From Desulfomonile tiedjei (lineage in GTDB: Bacteria > Desulfobacterota > Desulfomonilia > Desulfomonilales > Desulfomonilaceae): a stretch of DNA of 64,000 nt. The notes beneath the pieces were generated by a model that saw only the letters and a program-made list of their open reading frames with translations, did no database searches and had not been told where the DNA came from. Positions 9,631 to 18,516 of the stretch are shown piece after piece. Each line of letters starts with the position of its first letter. Positions within the stretch are counted from its first letter, which is position 1. Both the position numbers and the translations under genes were made by a program. The DNA lies in NCBI GenBank assembly GCA_016218715.1, contig JACRDG010000054.1, positions 13,940 through 77,939 on the forward strand, in the 5' to 3' direction.

Positions 9631-10362
9631 TCACTTCTTGTGGCAATCGATACAAGTCTGAGCCTTCTCGGGGGAAACAACGGCAGTGGGCACTACTCTT
9701 GGTGGAACCTTGTCCGTCAAGTCACGCCAAGCGACGTAGCTAAGGGCTCCGGAAGGACAGGCCTCGACACACTTAGGGTTTCCCTCGCATAGGAAACATT
9801 TGGTGGCCTTATTGGTGTCCGAATCGAATGACATCATTTCCCAGGGACAAGCTCGCTGACACATTTTGCAGCCAGTACACTTGTTGGGGTCTACAACGCG
9901 GGCACCGGTAGACGGGCTCACAACGATGGCGTCATTTGGACAGGCGTTCGCGCAAGGCACGGGATGAGGACATTGTTTGCAGAGGTCCTGAATAATTAGG
10001 CCGTTTCCCCAATTGCCTTGGGCACGCAGCCCGGCGTACGGGCCTTTTGGTCCAAAATTGAGGTTTCGGCCAATCTTTATTCGCGCCATTGTTGGAGAGG
10101 CTTTTCCATCGTTAAACTCAGTACAGGCCAGTTCGCACCTCCGGCAGCCGACACATTGAGTAGCATCTGCGATTACGAGCCCCTCAGCCTGATCGACAAT
10201 GATGAGAGGCGGCTCTTTAGCCCCTCTTGCCTCCAAAGCGGAAACCGCAACAATGATACCTCCGGTCATGATCAGAAACTCTCGCCGCGAAAGCGAATGG
10301 CTTGAATTTGTGAAATTCAGGGCCTTTTCCAAAACTTGATGCTTTTGGTATTCGCCGCTCAT
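9631..10362 (-). CDS. Tat-signal 4x[4Fe-4S] ferredoxin-like subunit (YdhX/DmsB-like)
   Basis: ATG 10362. Twin-arginine leader SRREFLIMTGGIIVAVSALEA. Four Cys motifs: CVGCRRCELAC, CKQCPHPVPCANACP, CTGCKMCQRACP and CFLCEGNPKCVEACP. The C-terminus is ...TCIDCHKK. Confidence 0.85.
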   Translation of the reverse strand: MSGEYQKHQVLEKALNFTNSSHSLSRREFLIMTGGIIVAVSALEARGAKEPPLIIVDQAEGLVIADATQCVGCRRCELACTEFNDGKASPTMARIKIGRNLNFGPKGPYAGLRAQGNWGNGLIIQDLCKQCPHPVPCANACPNDAIVVSPSTGARVVDPNKCTGCKMCQRACPWEMMSFDSDTNKATKCFLCEGNPKCVEACPSGALSYVAWRDLTDKVPPRVVPTAVVSPEKAQTCIDCHKK

Positions 10363-10755
10363 CTTCTTCCTTTTTTGTCCTCGGCAATCTTGGTCTGTCT
10401 TACCACGGCTCGATTGCAGGAAAGTCACTGCCGTGAGAATGTTGGCCAGAATGTCAACGTCCTTCTTCGGGTCTCTGGAAGAAGGACAATCTAAGGCCTA
10501 GGCTGCCTGCTTGTGACTGCTCATCCTGGAGCCCAATTTCTTTGAGGGACCTCCGTGAAACATTCCAAACCCCTTGTCAGGAAATCGTTCTATATCGTGA
10601 CCCAGTCAGGATAACTCACAATTGCGGCATCGTCAACAATCTGGGCCGCAGGCGCGCTGGCTTTCTTTAATTCCACATTGAGCGGCACAATCGTACGATC
10701 AACAGCGGTCTTTACGGAACAGCTGCCGCCGCTCATGCTCTGAAAGACGTATCTC

Positions 10756-10912
10756 ATACCAATGTGCAGTTCCATTTGTAACATCCGAGGACTCTGCTCT
10801 GGGCTTTTCCTGGGAGGCCTCCTCCGCTACGGACGGCACAGCCTGACTGCGCTCCGGAGACCTCCCAGGAGCGCCCTTCAGCAATATTACTTATTGAATC
10901 GCACATTGGTAT
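10756..10912 (-). repeat. Copy B of the nested-palindrome element (core reversed relative to copy A)
   Basis: ATACCAATGTGC...CCTGGGAGGCCTCCTCCGCTACGGACGGCACAGCCTGACTGCGCTCCGGAGACCTCCCAGG...GCACATTGGTAT. The terminal arms are inverted copies of each other. The element abuts the stop codon of the VOC gene. Confidence 0.8.
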
Positions 10913-11331
10913 TAGACCTGTTGTCCTTCCTCATGACACTTCGCCTCGATAAGGTTTCCTTCCGGGTCCCGAAAATAGACCGACGTTCCGGTACCGTGCG
11001 CACCCCACCGCGGGACAGGGCCCACTTCTATCGGCACCGCGTCGGCTTGAAGGCGCTCCAGCAGTTCCTGCCAGGTCTCCTTGCTCAACGCAATACAGAA
11101 GTGGTTCAAATTCTCGCGGCCTTCTCCGCTCCGACTGCTCGCTTGCCACATCTTCTTCGGAAAAAGATCGATTATCGTGTCAGCATTCAGTCGCACGGAC
11201 GGGAATGGGACGTTTCCGGACCGGTATTCGTCGAGCCGTTCGGTTGGAAACTGGAGTACCTTCTCATAGAAAGCGATCATCTTCTCATCATCTTCTACAT
11301 TCAAGACGATATGGTCCATCACGCATTGCAT
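10912..11331 (-). CDS. Glyoxalase/bleomycin-resistance/dioxygenase (VOC) family protein
   Basis: ATG 11331 has GGGAGGA 6 nt upstream. MQCVMDHIVLNVEDDEKMIAFYEKVL...HFCIAL...GTSVYFRDPEGNLIE is typical of the VOC fold. The ORF-track start 11472 (TTG) adds 47 codons with no SD. Confidence 0.8.
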   Translation of the reverse strand: MQCVMDHIVLNVEDDEKMIAFYEKVLQFPTERLDEYRSGNVPFPSVRLNADTIIDLFPKKMWQASSRSGEGRENLNHFCIALSKETWQELLERLQADAVPIEVGPVPRWGAHGTGTSVYFRDPEGNLIEAKCHEEGQQV

Positions 11332-11856
11332 TCTGGTTCCTCCCAAAAGATAAATCACCAAGTTCCTGCTTCGCAGGTCTACTCGGGCGCGGTCTCCTTT
11401 CTTGGTTAGCTTATACTGCTTTCGCTTCTTGGGATGTATGTCCAGCGGCTTCTGAACTTCGGGACGAGGCAATCAAAGACGAGGACGGGTCCCAAGAGGA
11501 TTCCGTGATCGGCATACTGGCGGCGCAGGAAGTTTCGCGTTCTCTTGAAGTACCGCCAATGTTTCAGCCCCTAAGGATCGAGAGTGCTCTTTTCATCGGA
11601 GGTCTCCAAAGGACGACCCCAATCATGGGGGTCGGGATCCTCTGCGGGTACGAACACATTGTGGATCTTGCCACATTCATGCCAGACTTTCAGCAGCGCA
11701 GCACGCTTGTCGTGTTCGTGGTCCTTTTCTATGGCCGTCCTCCGCTAGAGTGGGAGGTTACCATAATCAGCGGTGGGGCTTCACGAAAAAATTCGCGGTA
11801 GCGGGCTGCGCAAAGAACCCCGGTTCCGGCCGCGCTATTGCAGGTGCCAACAGCCA

Positions 11857-12696
11857 TCAGCAAGAGTCAGCTTTCCGTAACAGCGTCAATAGCGCCTTTC
11901 GCAATTCTTCGGCCGCAGGAACGGTCTGGGCAAAGACCTCCTCGATCTTGCCGAAATCGAGCATCCTGACGTCCCGGATCTGGGGCCAAACGTAGATGTC
12001 AGGTTTGAGCCTCCTCAGTTTGTCGGTGAGCATCGTTGTCTGCATGATTTCGAAGGTTCCAAGCACAGACTCCAGCGCATTGGGAAACTCCCGTCCGCTG
12101 GCAACTCGGACTCTGCTGACGTTCACTGCAATGATGAAGTCCACACGGCTTGTAAGCAGGTCATAGGGCAGCAGGTTGACCACACCTCCATCGACGAGAA
12201 TTCTGCCTTCTATCGAAACCGGCGAGAAGACTCCGGGTACGGCCATGCTGGCCTTTATGGCAGGCAGCAACTGGCCCTTATTAAACACAACTTCCTCCGC
12301 CGACCAATAATCCGTCGCAACGACGAACAAGGGAATGTTCAGGTTTTCAAAGCAGTCCACCTTGATTTCGTTGAGCAGGGAGTTCAGTATGCCTTCCGCA
12401 TTGATTAACCCGCTACCAGAGAAGTCCGGTTTGAAAGCATAAACCCACTTGAGTAAATCTTCTCTCTTCTCTATCACGTCTCGCCACGTGTCATTCTTGA
12501 GAATTAGGCGTTTTTCGACGATCTCTCTGATCTCTCTGGCGGACATGCCCGATGCATACAATGCACCGACAATTGCTCCCATGCTGGTGCCCGATATAAG
12601 CGCAGGACTCATCTGCAGATCGTCGAGGACCTGCAGAATGGGAATATGGGCGAGCCCTCTCACCCCACCGCCACCCAAAGCAATGCCCAGCTTCAT
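11857..12696 (-). CDS. Patatin-like phospholipase
   Basis: ATG 12696 is preceded by AAGGAGGT. Motifs: MKLGIALGGGGVRGLAHIPIL (oxyanion GGGxRG), GTSMGA (GxSxG nucleophile) and DGG near the C-terminal half. Confidence 0.9.
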   Translation of the reverse strand: MKLGIALGGGGVRGLAHIPILQVLDDLQMSPALISGTSMGAIVGALYASGMSAREIREIVEKRLILKNDTWRDVIEKREDLLKWVYAFKPDFSGSGLINAEGILNSLLNEIKVDCFENLNIPLFVVATDYWSAEEVVFNKGQLLPAIKASMAVPGVFSPVSIEGRILVDGGVVNLLPYDLLTSRVDFIIAVNVSRVRVASGREFPNALESVLGTFEIMQTTMLTDKLRRLKPDIYVWPQIRDVRMLDFGKIEEVFAQTVPAAEELRKALLTLLRKADSC

Positions 12697-13221
12697 GGCT
12701 TCTACCTCCTTCGATGCATCAAGTGCCCTGTTTAGCGTTGGCAGGATGTTGCCATTTTTTCCGCTATCCTTGTCTGTAGGGCATCCAGCTTCCGAGAGCA
12801 CCATCTCTTCGTTCTCGGTCTCGGAGACGACCCGGGAGGTCAGTGTATCACACCCGATCCTTCAAGGGGACCCATTTCATGAGAGGCCTAGAATCGATTC
12901 TAAGCGACATTCTCCAGCGGAGCATATCTCGGGGCGACCGCTTTGCGACCTTTGAAGGCACTCGGCGGGAATGCCTTGCTTGGCTAAGTGATTCCAATAA
13001 GTTACAGCATCTTAGGGAGTCCGGGGAAATGGAGGAGGGCTCGAGGCACTTTCCTCAACCGGAACCGCGTAGTATGATGGCGTCGGCGTACGGCTGGACG
13101 TGCATCTGAGATGGAATCTATCCTGCAGTTTGGAGCGCAGCCGAAATCACGATCAGCGTGCAACAGGAATTCAAGAATTGAATTATGGGCGTCTGCAGGG
13201 CTCTGGCCAAGGAGGAAAGCG

Positions 13222-14130
13222 ATGTTCGAGAACGTGACCACGACGATTGACGAGGAACTATGCACGGGATGCGGGCTGTGCGTGCAAATATGCCCAAGCA
13301 AAACTCTTTCAATGCAAGACGGAAAGGCTGCCGTAACTGGTAAGAGTTCACTGAACTGTGGACACTGTATGGCCATTTGCCCAGCGGGGGCCATTACCGT
13401 TGGAGCGATTGATGACAGCATGTCACGGTTCGTGCATTTTCAGGCTGACCGCAACTGGTTACCGTATGGAGAATTCGACACGGTCCAGATCGTGCGACTG
13501 ATGGCTTCCCGGCGATCCTGCCGGAATTTTCTTGACAGACCGGTGGCTCAGTCGATGCTGGAAGATCTGGTCAAAATCGGGTGCACGGCGCCGTCGGCCA
13601 CGAACTGTCAATTGTGGACGTTTACGGTGCTGCCCACTCGCGAGGCCGTGATGGTGCTCGGCAAAGCAGTGCGGGATTTCTACGTGAAATTGAATTCCAT
13701 GGCCGAGAAGTTCTGGTTACGCATGTTCATGAAACTGATCGGAAAGCCCGAGCTTGATCGCTATTATCAAGAGTATTACGAATTGGTGAAGGAAGGGATG
13801 GCCGAATTCGACCGCACCGGTATTGACCGGTTATTCCACGGCGCGCCTTCGGCTATTGTCGTGGGATCCAAATCCGGTGCGTCGTTGCCCAAGGAAGACG
13901 CAATGCTCGCTTCCCAGAACATACTCCTGGCCGCTCATAGCATGGGTTTGGGAAGCTGCCTGATCGGGATGGCAGTGGAGGCCACGAAAAACGAACGAAC
14001 GATTCAAAGGGTAATCGGGATTCCGGGAGAAGAAACCGTCTATGCGGTCATAGCCTTGGGCTATCCGAACGAATACTACCAACTTCAGGCTGGCAGAAAG
14101 AAACCTGTAATCAGAGTCTTTGAAACCTAG
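13222..14130 (+). CDS. Nitroreductase-family protein with N-terminal 2x[4Fe-4S] ferredoxin domain
   Basis: ATG 13222 follows AAGGAGGAAAGCG. Ferredoxin motifs CTGCGLCVQICP and CGHCMAICP, then a nitroreductase body (RRSCRNF...ASQNILLAAHSMGLGSC). Confidence 0.85.
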   Translation: MFENVTTTIDEELCTGCGLCVQICPSKTLSMQDGKAAVTGKSSLNCGHCMAICPAGAITVGAIDDSMSRFVHFQADRNWLPYGEFDTVQIVRLMASRRSCRNFLDRPVAQSMLEDLVKIGCTAPSATNCQLWTFTVLPTREAVMVLGKAVRDFYVKLNSMAEKFWLRMFMKLIGKPELDRYYQEYYELVKEGMAEFDRTGIDRLFHGAPSAIVVGSKSGASLPKEDAMLASQNILLAAHSMGLGSCLIGMAVEATKNERTIQRVIGIPGEETVYAVIALGYPNEYYQLQAGRKKPVIRVFET

Positions 14131-14168
14131 CGGTCATAGATGCGTATTTGGCTTGCCGTTCTGCGCAC

Positions 14169-15242
14169 TTACACCTGGCTGACTCGCAGAACTGGTTTGA
14201 TCGTATCGCCACGCTTGGCATCGGCGATAGCCTTATTGATCTCGCCGAAGGCATAGAATTTCACGAGGCGGTCAAAGGGAAACTGCCCTGCTTTATACAG
14301 CCCGATCAGTTTAGGGATGAAGCGCTGCGGAACTGCGTCGCCCTGGATGATGCCGCGGGTTTTCCGCCCTTCCGGCAAAGCGTCTGTACCACCCGCTCCG
14401 GTGAGGAGTGCGACAGTGCCGTGTGGATTCAACAGCGCAATGGCGAGCCGATTCATCTTCCAGTCGCCAGTGGTTTCCACCACGTAATCAACGCCGCTGC
14501 CGGTGATGTCGGTAATGCGGGAACCGACGTCCTCATGACGATTGTCGATCACGTGGGTGGCGCCCAATTCTCGGGCAAGCTCGAGGCGCTTGGGTAACCT
14601 GTCTACGCCTACGATCGGGTTCGCCCCAACGATTCGAGCCACCATGATCGCAGCCAAGCCAACTGCTCCCGTACCGAAGATGGCGATGCCCGCCCCTTTT
14701 GAAACCTGCAACGAGTTCATGACAGTGCCTGCCCCGGTCTGGAGGCCGCAACCCAGCGGCGCTAACATTTCCAGAGGCAAGTCTTTGGGAACCTTGACAA
14801 GATTGCGTTTGGTTGCCAGAGCGTGCGTGGCGAACGAAGACTGACCGAAGAAGTGCCCGCGAACGGCACTGCGTTGCAGTGCATTGCTGCCGTCCAGGCG
14901 CTCGAAACCGAAGTTCGCTTCCCAGAAGCGCTCGCAAGCCGTGGGACACCCACTTCGGCATTGCCGGCAAACGCCACAGGACTGGTAGGAGAGCACTACA
15001 TGGTCGCCAAGCGTGACACCCTTCACGCGCTCACCGATCTGCTCCACCACGCCCGCTCCCTCGTGGCCCAGGACTACCGGGGTGGCGGCCGAGTCCCAGT
15101 TGTCACAGAAGTCTATATCGGTGTGGCATATGCCGGAAGCGACGATCCGCACCAGAATCTCGTCCTCTCGTGGACTTTCCATCTGGAGGGTTTCGATCTT
15201 TAAGGGTTCATCTTGCTTGCGCAAAACGGCCGCTTGAATCAT
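14169..15242 (-). CDS. Zinc-dependent alcohol dehydrogenase (aryl/benzyl-alcohol-dehydrogenase-like)
   Basis: Motifs GICHTD, GHEGAGVVEQIG, CRQCRSGCPTAC and GTGAVGLAA. I prefer the ATG at 15242 (MIQAAVLRK...). A TTG at 15272 with GAGGA upstream is an alternative start. Confidence 0.88.
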   Translation of the reverse strand: MIQAAVLRKQDEPLKIETLQMESPREDEILVRIVASGICHTDIDFCDNWDSAATPVVLGHEGAGVVEQIGERVKGVTLGDHVVLSYQSCGVCRQCRSGCPTACERFWEANFGFERLDGSNALQRSAVRGHFFGQSSFATHALATKRNLVKVPKDLPLEMLAPLGCGLQTGAGTVMNSLQVSKGAGIAIFGTGAVGLAAIMVARIVGANPIVGVDRLPKRLELARELGATHVIDNRHEDVGSRITDITGSGVDYVVETTGDWKMNRLAIALLNPHGTVALLTGAGGTDALPEGRKTRGIIQGDAVPQRFIPKLIGLYKAGQFPFDRLVKFYAFGEINKAIADAKRGDTIKPVLRVSQV

Positions 15243-15750
15243 GTGGACTTGCACGGCGGAACGGTCAGCCAATCTTCAGTCCTCTACGCCCGATACTTCT
15301 TTCCTTGCGGAGGCCTCTCTCAAGATAAAGTAGTTTACCACACTCTCAACCTTCCCTCGAGATTCGTTCTCGGAAGCCCAGAGGTCAAATGTGAGCGATT
15401 TCCTCGGGACAGCAATGGCTCATCATGCCCTTTTATGAGAATTTTGCCTGTCAGTCATTGCAATAATCTGACTTTACAAGCATTTTGGCGACAGGTTCTG
15501 TCTCCTGAGTTATCACGTGTGTCGGAACGGCCCAACCAGGGTGTCATGAAGGTTGGAGCAATAGGGTCTTGTCACGAGAGGCGCAGGCTCGGTCTTGTCC
15601 GCTCTGCATTTCGACTGGTCCGGTCCTGTCGGGGTCCCTTGAGGCTAGAGGCCGCTCCCACGATTGACCTTGGCTTGGTGACCGTGTATGTTTCACCAAT
15701 AGCAAAATGAATCAATCTACCAGAGACGGGTCAATCTGACGGAGGGCTCA

Positions 15751-16671
15751 GTGAAGGAAATCAACAAGGTAGCTGTCCTTGGAGCAGGAGCGATGGGGGC
15801 TTACTACGCCTCCAGGTTTTTCGACGCGCCTCCATTCTCCGCGGTATTGGTCGCCCGGGACCCACGCTACGATCGACTGCAGGCAGAAGGTTTGGTGGTC
15901 AACGGAAAGCACTATGCAGTTCCGGTCGTTCACCCTGATGAAGCGGCCACGCCCGCCGATCTCATTATCGTCGCCGTGAAAAGCTACAACCTACCAGAGG
16001 CGGCCAAGGATTTGAAGAACCTGATTGGCGACGAGACGACGCTTATCTCAGTAATGAATGGGCTCGATAGCGAAGAGTACCTTGGTTCCGTCTACGGCAT
16101 GGACAAGGTGCTCTATGCCGTTGCCGTGGGAATAGACGCCTTACGTGAGGGGAATTCGGTCACCTATACCAATCCTGGGAAAACCCTGTTTGGTGAGGCT
16201 GATAATTCCCATACCAGCGAACGAGTCCGCCGCGTGCAACGAGCATTCGAACTGGCGGGAATCGCGTCTGAAATACCCCCTGACATGATGCGTACCCTGT
16301 GGTGGAAGTTCATGGTCAACGTGGGCGTGAACCAGGCGTCTGTAGCGATGCGCGCACCATACGGAGTATTTCAATCGTCGCCGGACGCGCAGGCATTGAT
16401 GGAAGAGCTGATGCGTGAAGTGATCGCGCTGGCACAGCGCATTGGGGTGAACCTCGGAGAGCAAGATCTCGACCGCTGGTATGCCGTTCTCAAGACCCTG
16501 TCTCCCGAAGGCAAGACTTCGATGTTGCAGGATATTGAGGGAGGCCGCAAGACCGAGGTCGAGATTTTTGCCGGAAAGGTGGTAGAGCTGGGCAAGAGTC
16601 ACGGCATCCCCACTCCTGTGAACCGAACCCTGTTGAGCATTGTTCATGTCTTGGAGCACTATCGGGCCTGA
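15751..16671 (+). CDS. panE: 2-dehydropantoate 2-reductase (ApbA/PanE family)
   Basis: GTG start after GGAGGG. Motifs VAVLGAGAMGAYYA (Rossmann), K-x-Y/N region VKSYN, MLQDIEGGRKTE and GIPTPVN. Confidence 0.8.
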   Translation: MKEINKVAVLGAGAMGAYYASRFFDAPPFSAVLVARDPRYDRLQAEGLVVNGKHYAVPVVHPDEAATPADLIIVAVKSYNLPEAAKDLKNLIGDETTLISVMNGLDSEEYLGSVYGMDKVLYAVAVGIDALREGNSVTYTNPGKTLFGEADNSHTSERVRRVQRAFELAGIASEIPPDMMRTLWWKFMVNVGVNQASVAMRAPYGVFQSSPDAQALMEELMREVIALAQRIGVNLGEQDLDRWYAVLKTLSPEGKTSMLQDIEGGRKTEVEIFAGKVVELGKSHGIPTPVNRTLLSIVHVLEHYRA

Positions 16672-16966
16672 GACAGCTGATCTGGATTTCCGGTTGGTGT
16701 CGTTGGCTGATGACCCCAGTTTTATGAAGGGAGAGGCGACGGAGACAGTGTACCATCTCCTGGAACCGATCGAGTCCGGACTGATTGCTGGCGAAGATGT
16801 AATGATAGCTGGCTTCGAGAAGTGGCCTGTCAAAGGCAAACGGGCTCGACGCGGGAGGAATCCGCAGACGCGAAAACCGATCGTCTTGGATGCGCGGCGA
16901 ATGGTCACGTGGCAATACTCGCCGGTGTTGAAGAAGGCCGTGAACGAGTTGGATTTCCCTTACTGA
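16646..16966 (+). CDS. HU/IHF-family DNA-binding protein (divergent)
   Basis: GEDVMIAGFEKWPVKGKRARRGRNPQTRKPIVLDARRMVTWQYSPVLKKAVNE aligns without gaps to the HU segment [51 protein letters not shown]. The start is uncertain (ATG 16646 or TTG 16640). Either start overlaps the last ~26-32 nt of panE. The gene ends 10 nt before the next gene. Confidence 0.6.
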   Translation: MSWSTIGPETADLDFRLVSLADDPSFMKGEATETVYHLLEPIESGLIAGEDVMIAGFEKWPVKGKRARRGRNPQTRKPIVLDARRMVTWQYSPVLKKAVNELDFPY

Positions 16967-16976
16967 AAGGTTACTC

Positions 16977-17717
16977 ATGCCCCCGCGTGCAGCGGATAGT
17001 GCGGCATTGGACGAACAGCGGACGGATTCAGGTGTCGGCCGTGCGGGGCTTCTCGGGCTGTTTGCAGCGGCAGTCCTCACCGTCGCCCTTTGGCAGTTGC
17101 CGGGAGGGAACTACATCCTCTACCCGTTCACGATCCTGGCCACGTGGTTCCACGAGATGGCTCACGGGTTGATGGCTCTCTTCCTGGGGGGAAGCTTTAC
17201 CAAGCTGCTCGTCTTCTCCAATGGTTCCGGGGCGGCCTATTATTCAGGCCCGCTGTTACTCGGATCGATGGGTCAGGTCTTGGTGGCGGCCGCCGGACCC
17301 ATGGGACCCCCCGTAGCAGGTGCGGTGTTGATATTGACTTCAAGGAGCCCCAAGGCTGCAGCTCTGAGTTTGAAGCTGTTGGGAGGCTTCCTGCTCATTT
17401 CTGCTGTCGTTTGGGTGCGATCCCTCTTTGGACTGGTGGCCATCCCTCTATTGGGCGTGGCGGTGCTGGGAGTGGCCTTGAAGGGCTCCGAGCGATTCCA
17501 GAGAGGGGCGATCCAGTTTCTTGGCGTGCAAGCGTGCGTCAGCACGTACCGTCAAATCGATTACCTGTTTAGCTACTCTGCCGGTCCCCTCGGGATTTCC
17601 GATACGGCTCAGATTCAGCAGGTACTGCTGTTGCCGTATTGGTGCTGGGGTGGTTTGATTGCCGTGTCATCGCTGCTGATTCTTGTCCTGAGTCTTTGGA
17701 CCGCCTGTCGATCGTGA
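16977..17717 (+). CDS. Integral-membrane M50B-like zinc metallopeptidase
   Basis: 246 aa with multiple hydrophobic helices. HExxH sits in a helix (WFHEMAHGLMALFLGG), as in Peptidase_M50B-type proteins. Confidence 0.65.
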   Translation: MPPRAADSAALDEQRTDSGVGRAGLLGLFAAAVLTVALWQLPGGNYILYPFTILATWFHEMAHGLMALFLGGSFTKLLVFSNGSGAAYYSGPLLLGSMGQVLVAAAGPMGPPVAGAVLILTSRSPKAAALSLKLLGGFLLISAVVWVRSLFGLVAIPLLGVAVLGVALKGSERFQRGAIQFLGVQACVSTYRQIDYLFSYSAGPLGISDTAQIQQVLLLPYWCWGGLIAVSSLLILVLSLWTACRS

Positions 17718-17957
17718 TCGAACGGTCAAACTGACACACGATCCACGAGATTCGGTCTGAAACCTACTCAAAGGGATTCTGAACGACGTGCTCATCATGG
17801 GCAGCCGCCGCGTGGTGGTCGTCTTTCACACATTTGTGCAACCAGGACGCCGTGGACGAACGGACACCATTCTCGACCATTCCGACACCTCGAACAGGTC
17901 TACGTCTTTGATATAACGTAAGAATAAAATCAAATCCCGGGTCACGGCCAGAAGCGC

Positions 17958-17986
17958 TTGACAAGCAAAGCCCTGTGGCGTAATCT
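17958..17986 (+). promoter_or_regulatory. Candidate sigma70 promoter for the RRM-protein/rpsU pair
   Basis: TTGACA (17958-17963), a 17-nt spacer, then TAATCT (17981-17986). This would give a ~210-nt 5' UTR. Confidence 0.3.
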
Positions 17987-18202
17987 TGAATTCGAACCTT
18001 AACTTGTGTTTCTCCGGTTGGCCTTTCGTCAAGGACTACGGGCGTCATGCAAGGATTAAGATCCTGGGACATAGGCCCCCGTGTCGAGGACTCCACACCG
18101 TAATTCCATCCGGTTCATCCCCGTTCACCAAGAGCCCTTGTTCGTATCTGTAAACGCACCACCGCACAACACGTGGCGTGCCTTTTCGTAAGGAGCTAGA
18201 GA

Positions 18203-18487
18203 ATGAGCATCAAGATTTATGTGGGAAATTTGTCCTTCGATTCCAGCGAAGCAGATCTCAAGGGCCTGTTTGCAGCGTACGGGGAGGTCGAGTCGGCCAA
18301 GGTCATCGTCGACCAATTTACGAACCGGTCTCGGGGATTTGGATTCATCGAAATGTCCAACCGCGAAGAAGGTCTCAAGGCGATCCAGGAACTGGATTCC
18401 AAGGATCTCGACGGTCGCAGTCTGAAAGTGAATGAGGCCAAACCCAAGACCGACTCGCGGGGCGGCGGCGGACGATCCCGCTGGTAA
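18203..18487 (+). CDS. RRM-type (RNP-1/RNP-2) glycine-rich RNA-binding protein
   Basis: AAGGAG lies 8 nt upstream. RNP-2 is IYVGNL and RNP-1 is RGFGFIEM. The C-terminal tail is SRGGGGRSRW. Confidence 0.92.
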   Translation: MSIKIYVGNLSFDSSEADLKGLFAAYGEVESAKVIVDQFTNRSRGFGFIEMSNREEGLKAIQELDSKDLDGRSLKVNEAKPKTDSRGGGGRSRW

Positions 18488-18516
18488 CCGCGATCTTTGG
18501 CCGGTCAGCCCGGGAG

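Noticed and set aside
10590-10784. 64-aa minus-strand ORF upstream of the AOR operon
   Set aside because: Its N-terminal codons lie inside repeat copy B, none of the internal Met codons has an SD, and I recognise no motif.
11332-11856. Possible decayed PadR-like regulator upstream of the VOC gene
   Set aside because: The in-frame extension of the VOC ORF reads ...KKRKQYKLTKKGDRARVDL, like the PadR wing RKYYxLTxxG. Another frame reads ...FRSRW just before it, which hints at a frameshift. I could not assemble a continuous PadR-length alignment or an N-terminal HTH across frames, so I record this only as a hint for a blastx check.
11857-12696. Patatin phospholipase as a CBASS-type or other defence effector
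   Set aside because: There is no cyclase, sensor, ATPase or other defence-associated gene next to it. The neighbours are a VOC protein and a nitroreductase in other orientations.
12739-12753. TGGCAGGATGTTGCC, resembling a sigma54 promoter
   Set aside because: The GG-to-GC spacing is one nucleotide short. It points (plus strand) at a gene almost 500 nt away and lies within 45 nt of the divergent patatin start.
16141-17080. 255-aa and 196-aa minus-strand ORFs across panE, the HU-like gene and the peptidase start
   Set aside because: Both are Arg/Ser/Pro-rich. They lie antisense to three plus-strand genes that have recognisable motifs.
17764-18096. 110-aa minus-strand ORF in the leader region of the RRM gene (including a 38-codon sub-ORF with a GAGGTG SD)
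   Set aside because: It has no recognisable motif and odd composition. It also overlaps the candidate promoter and 5' UTR of the RRM gene. Coding status cannot be supported from the sequence alone.
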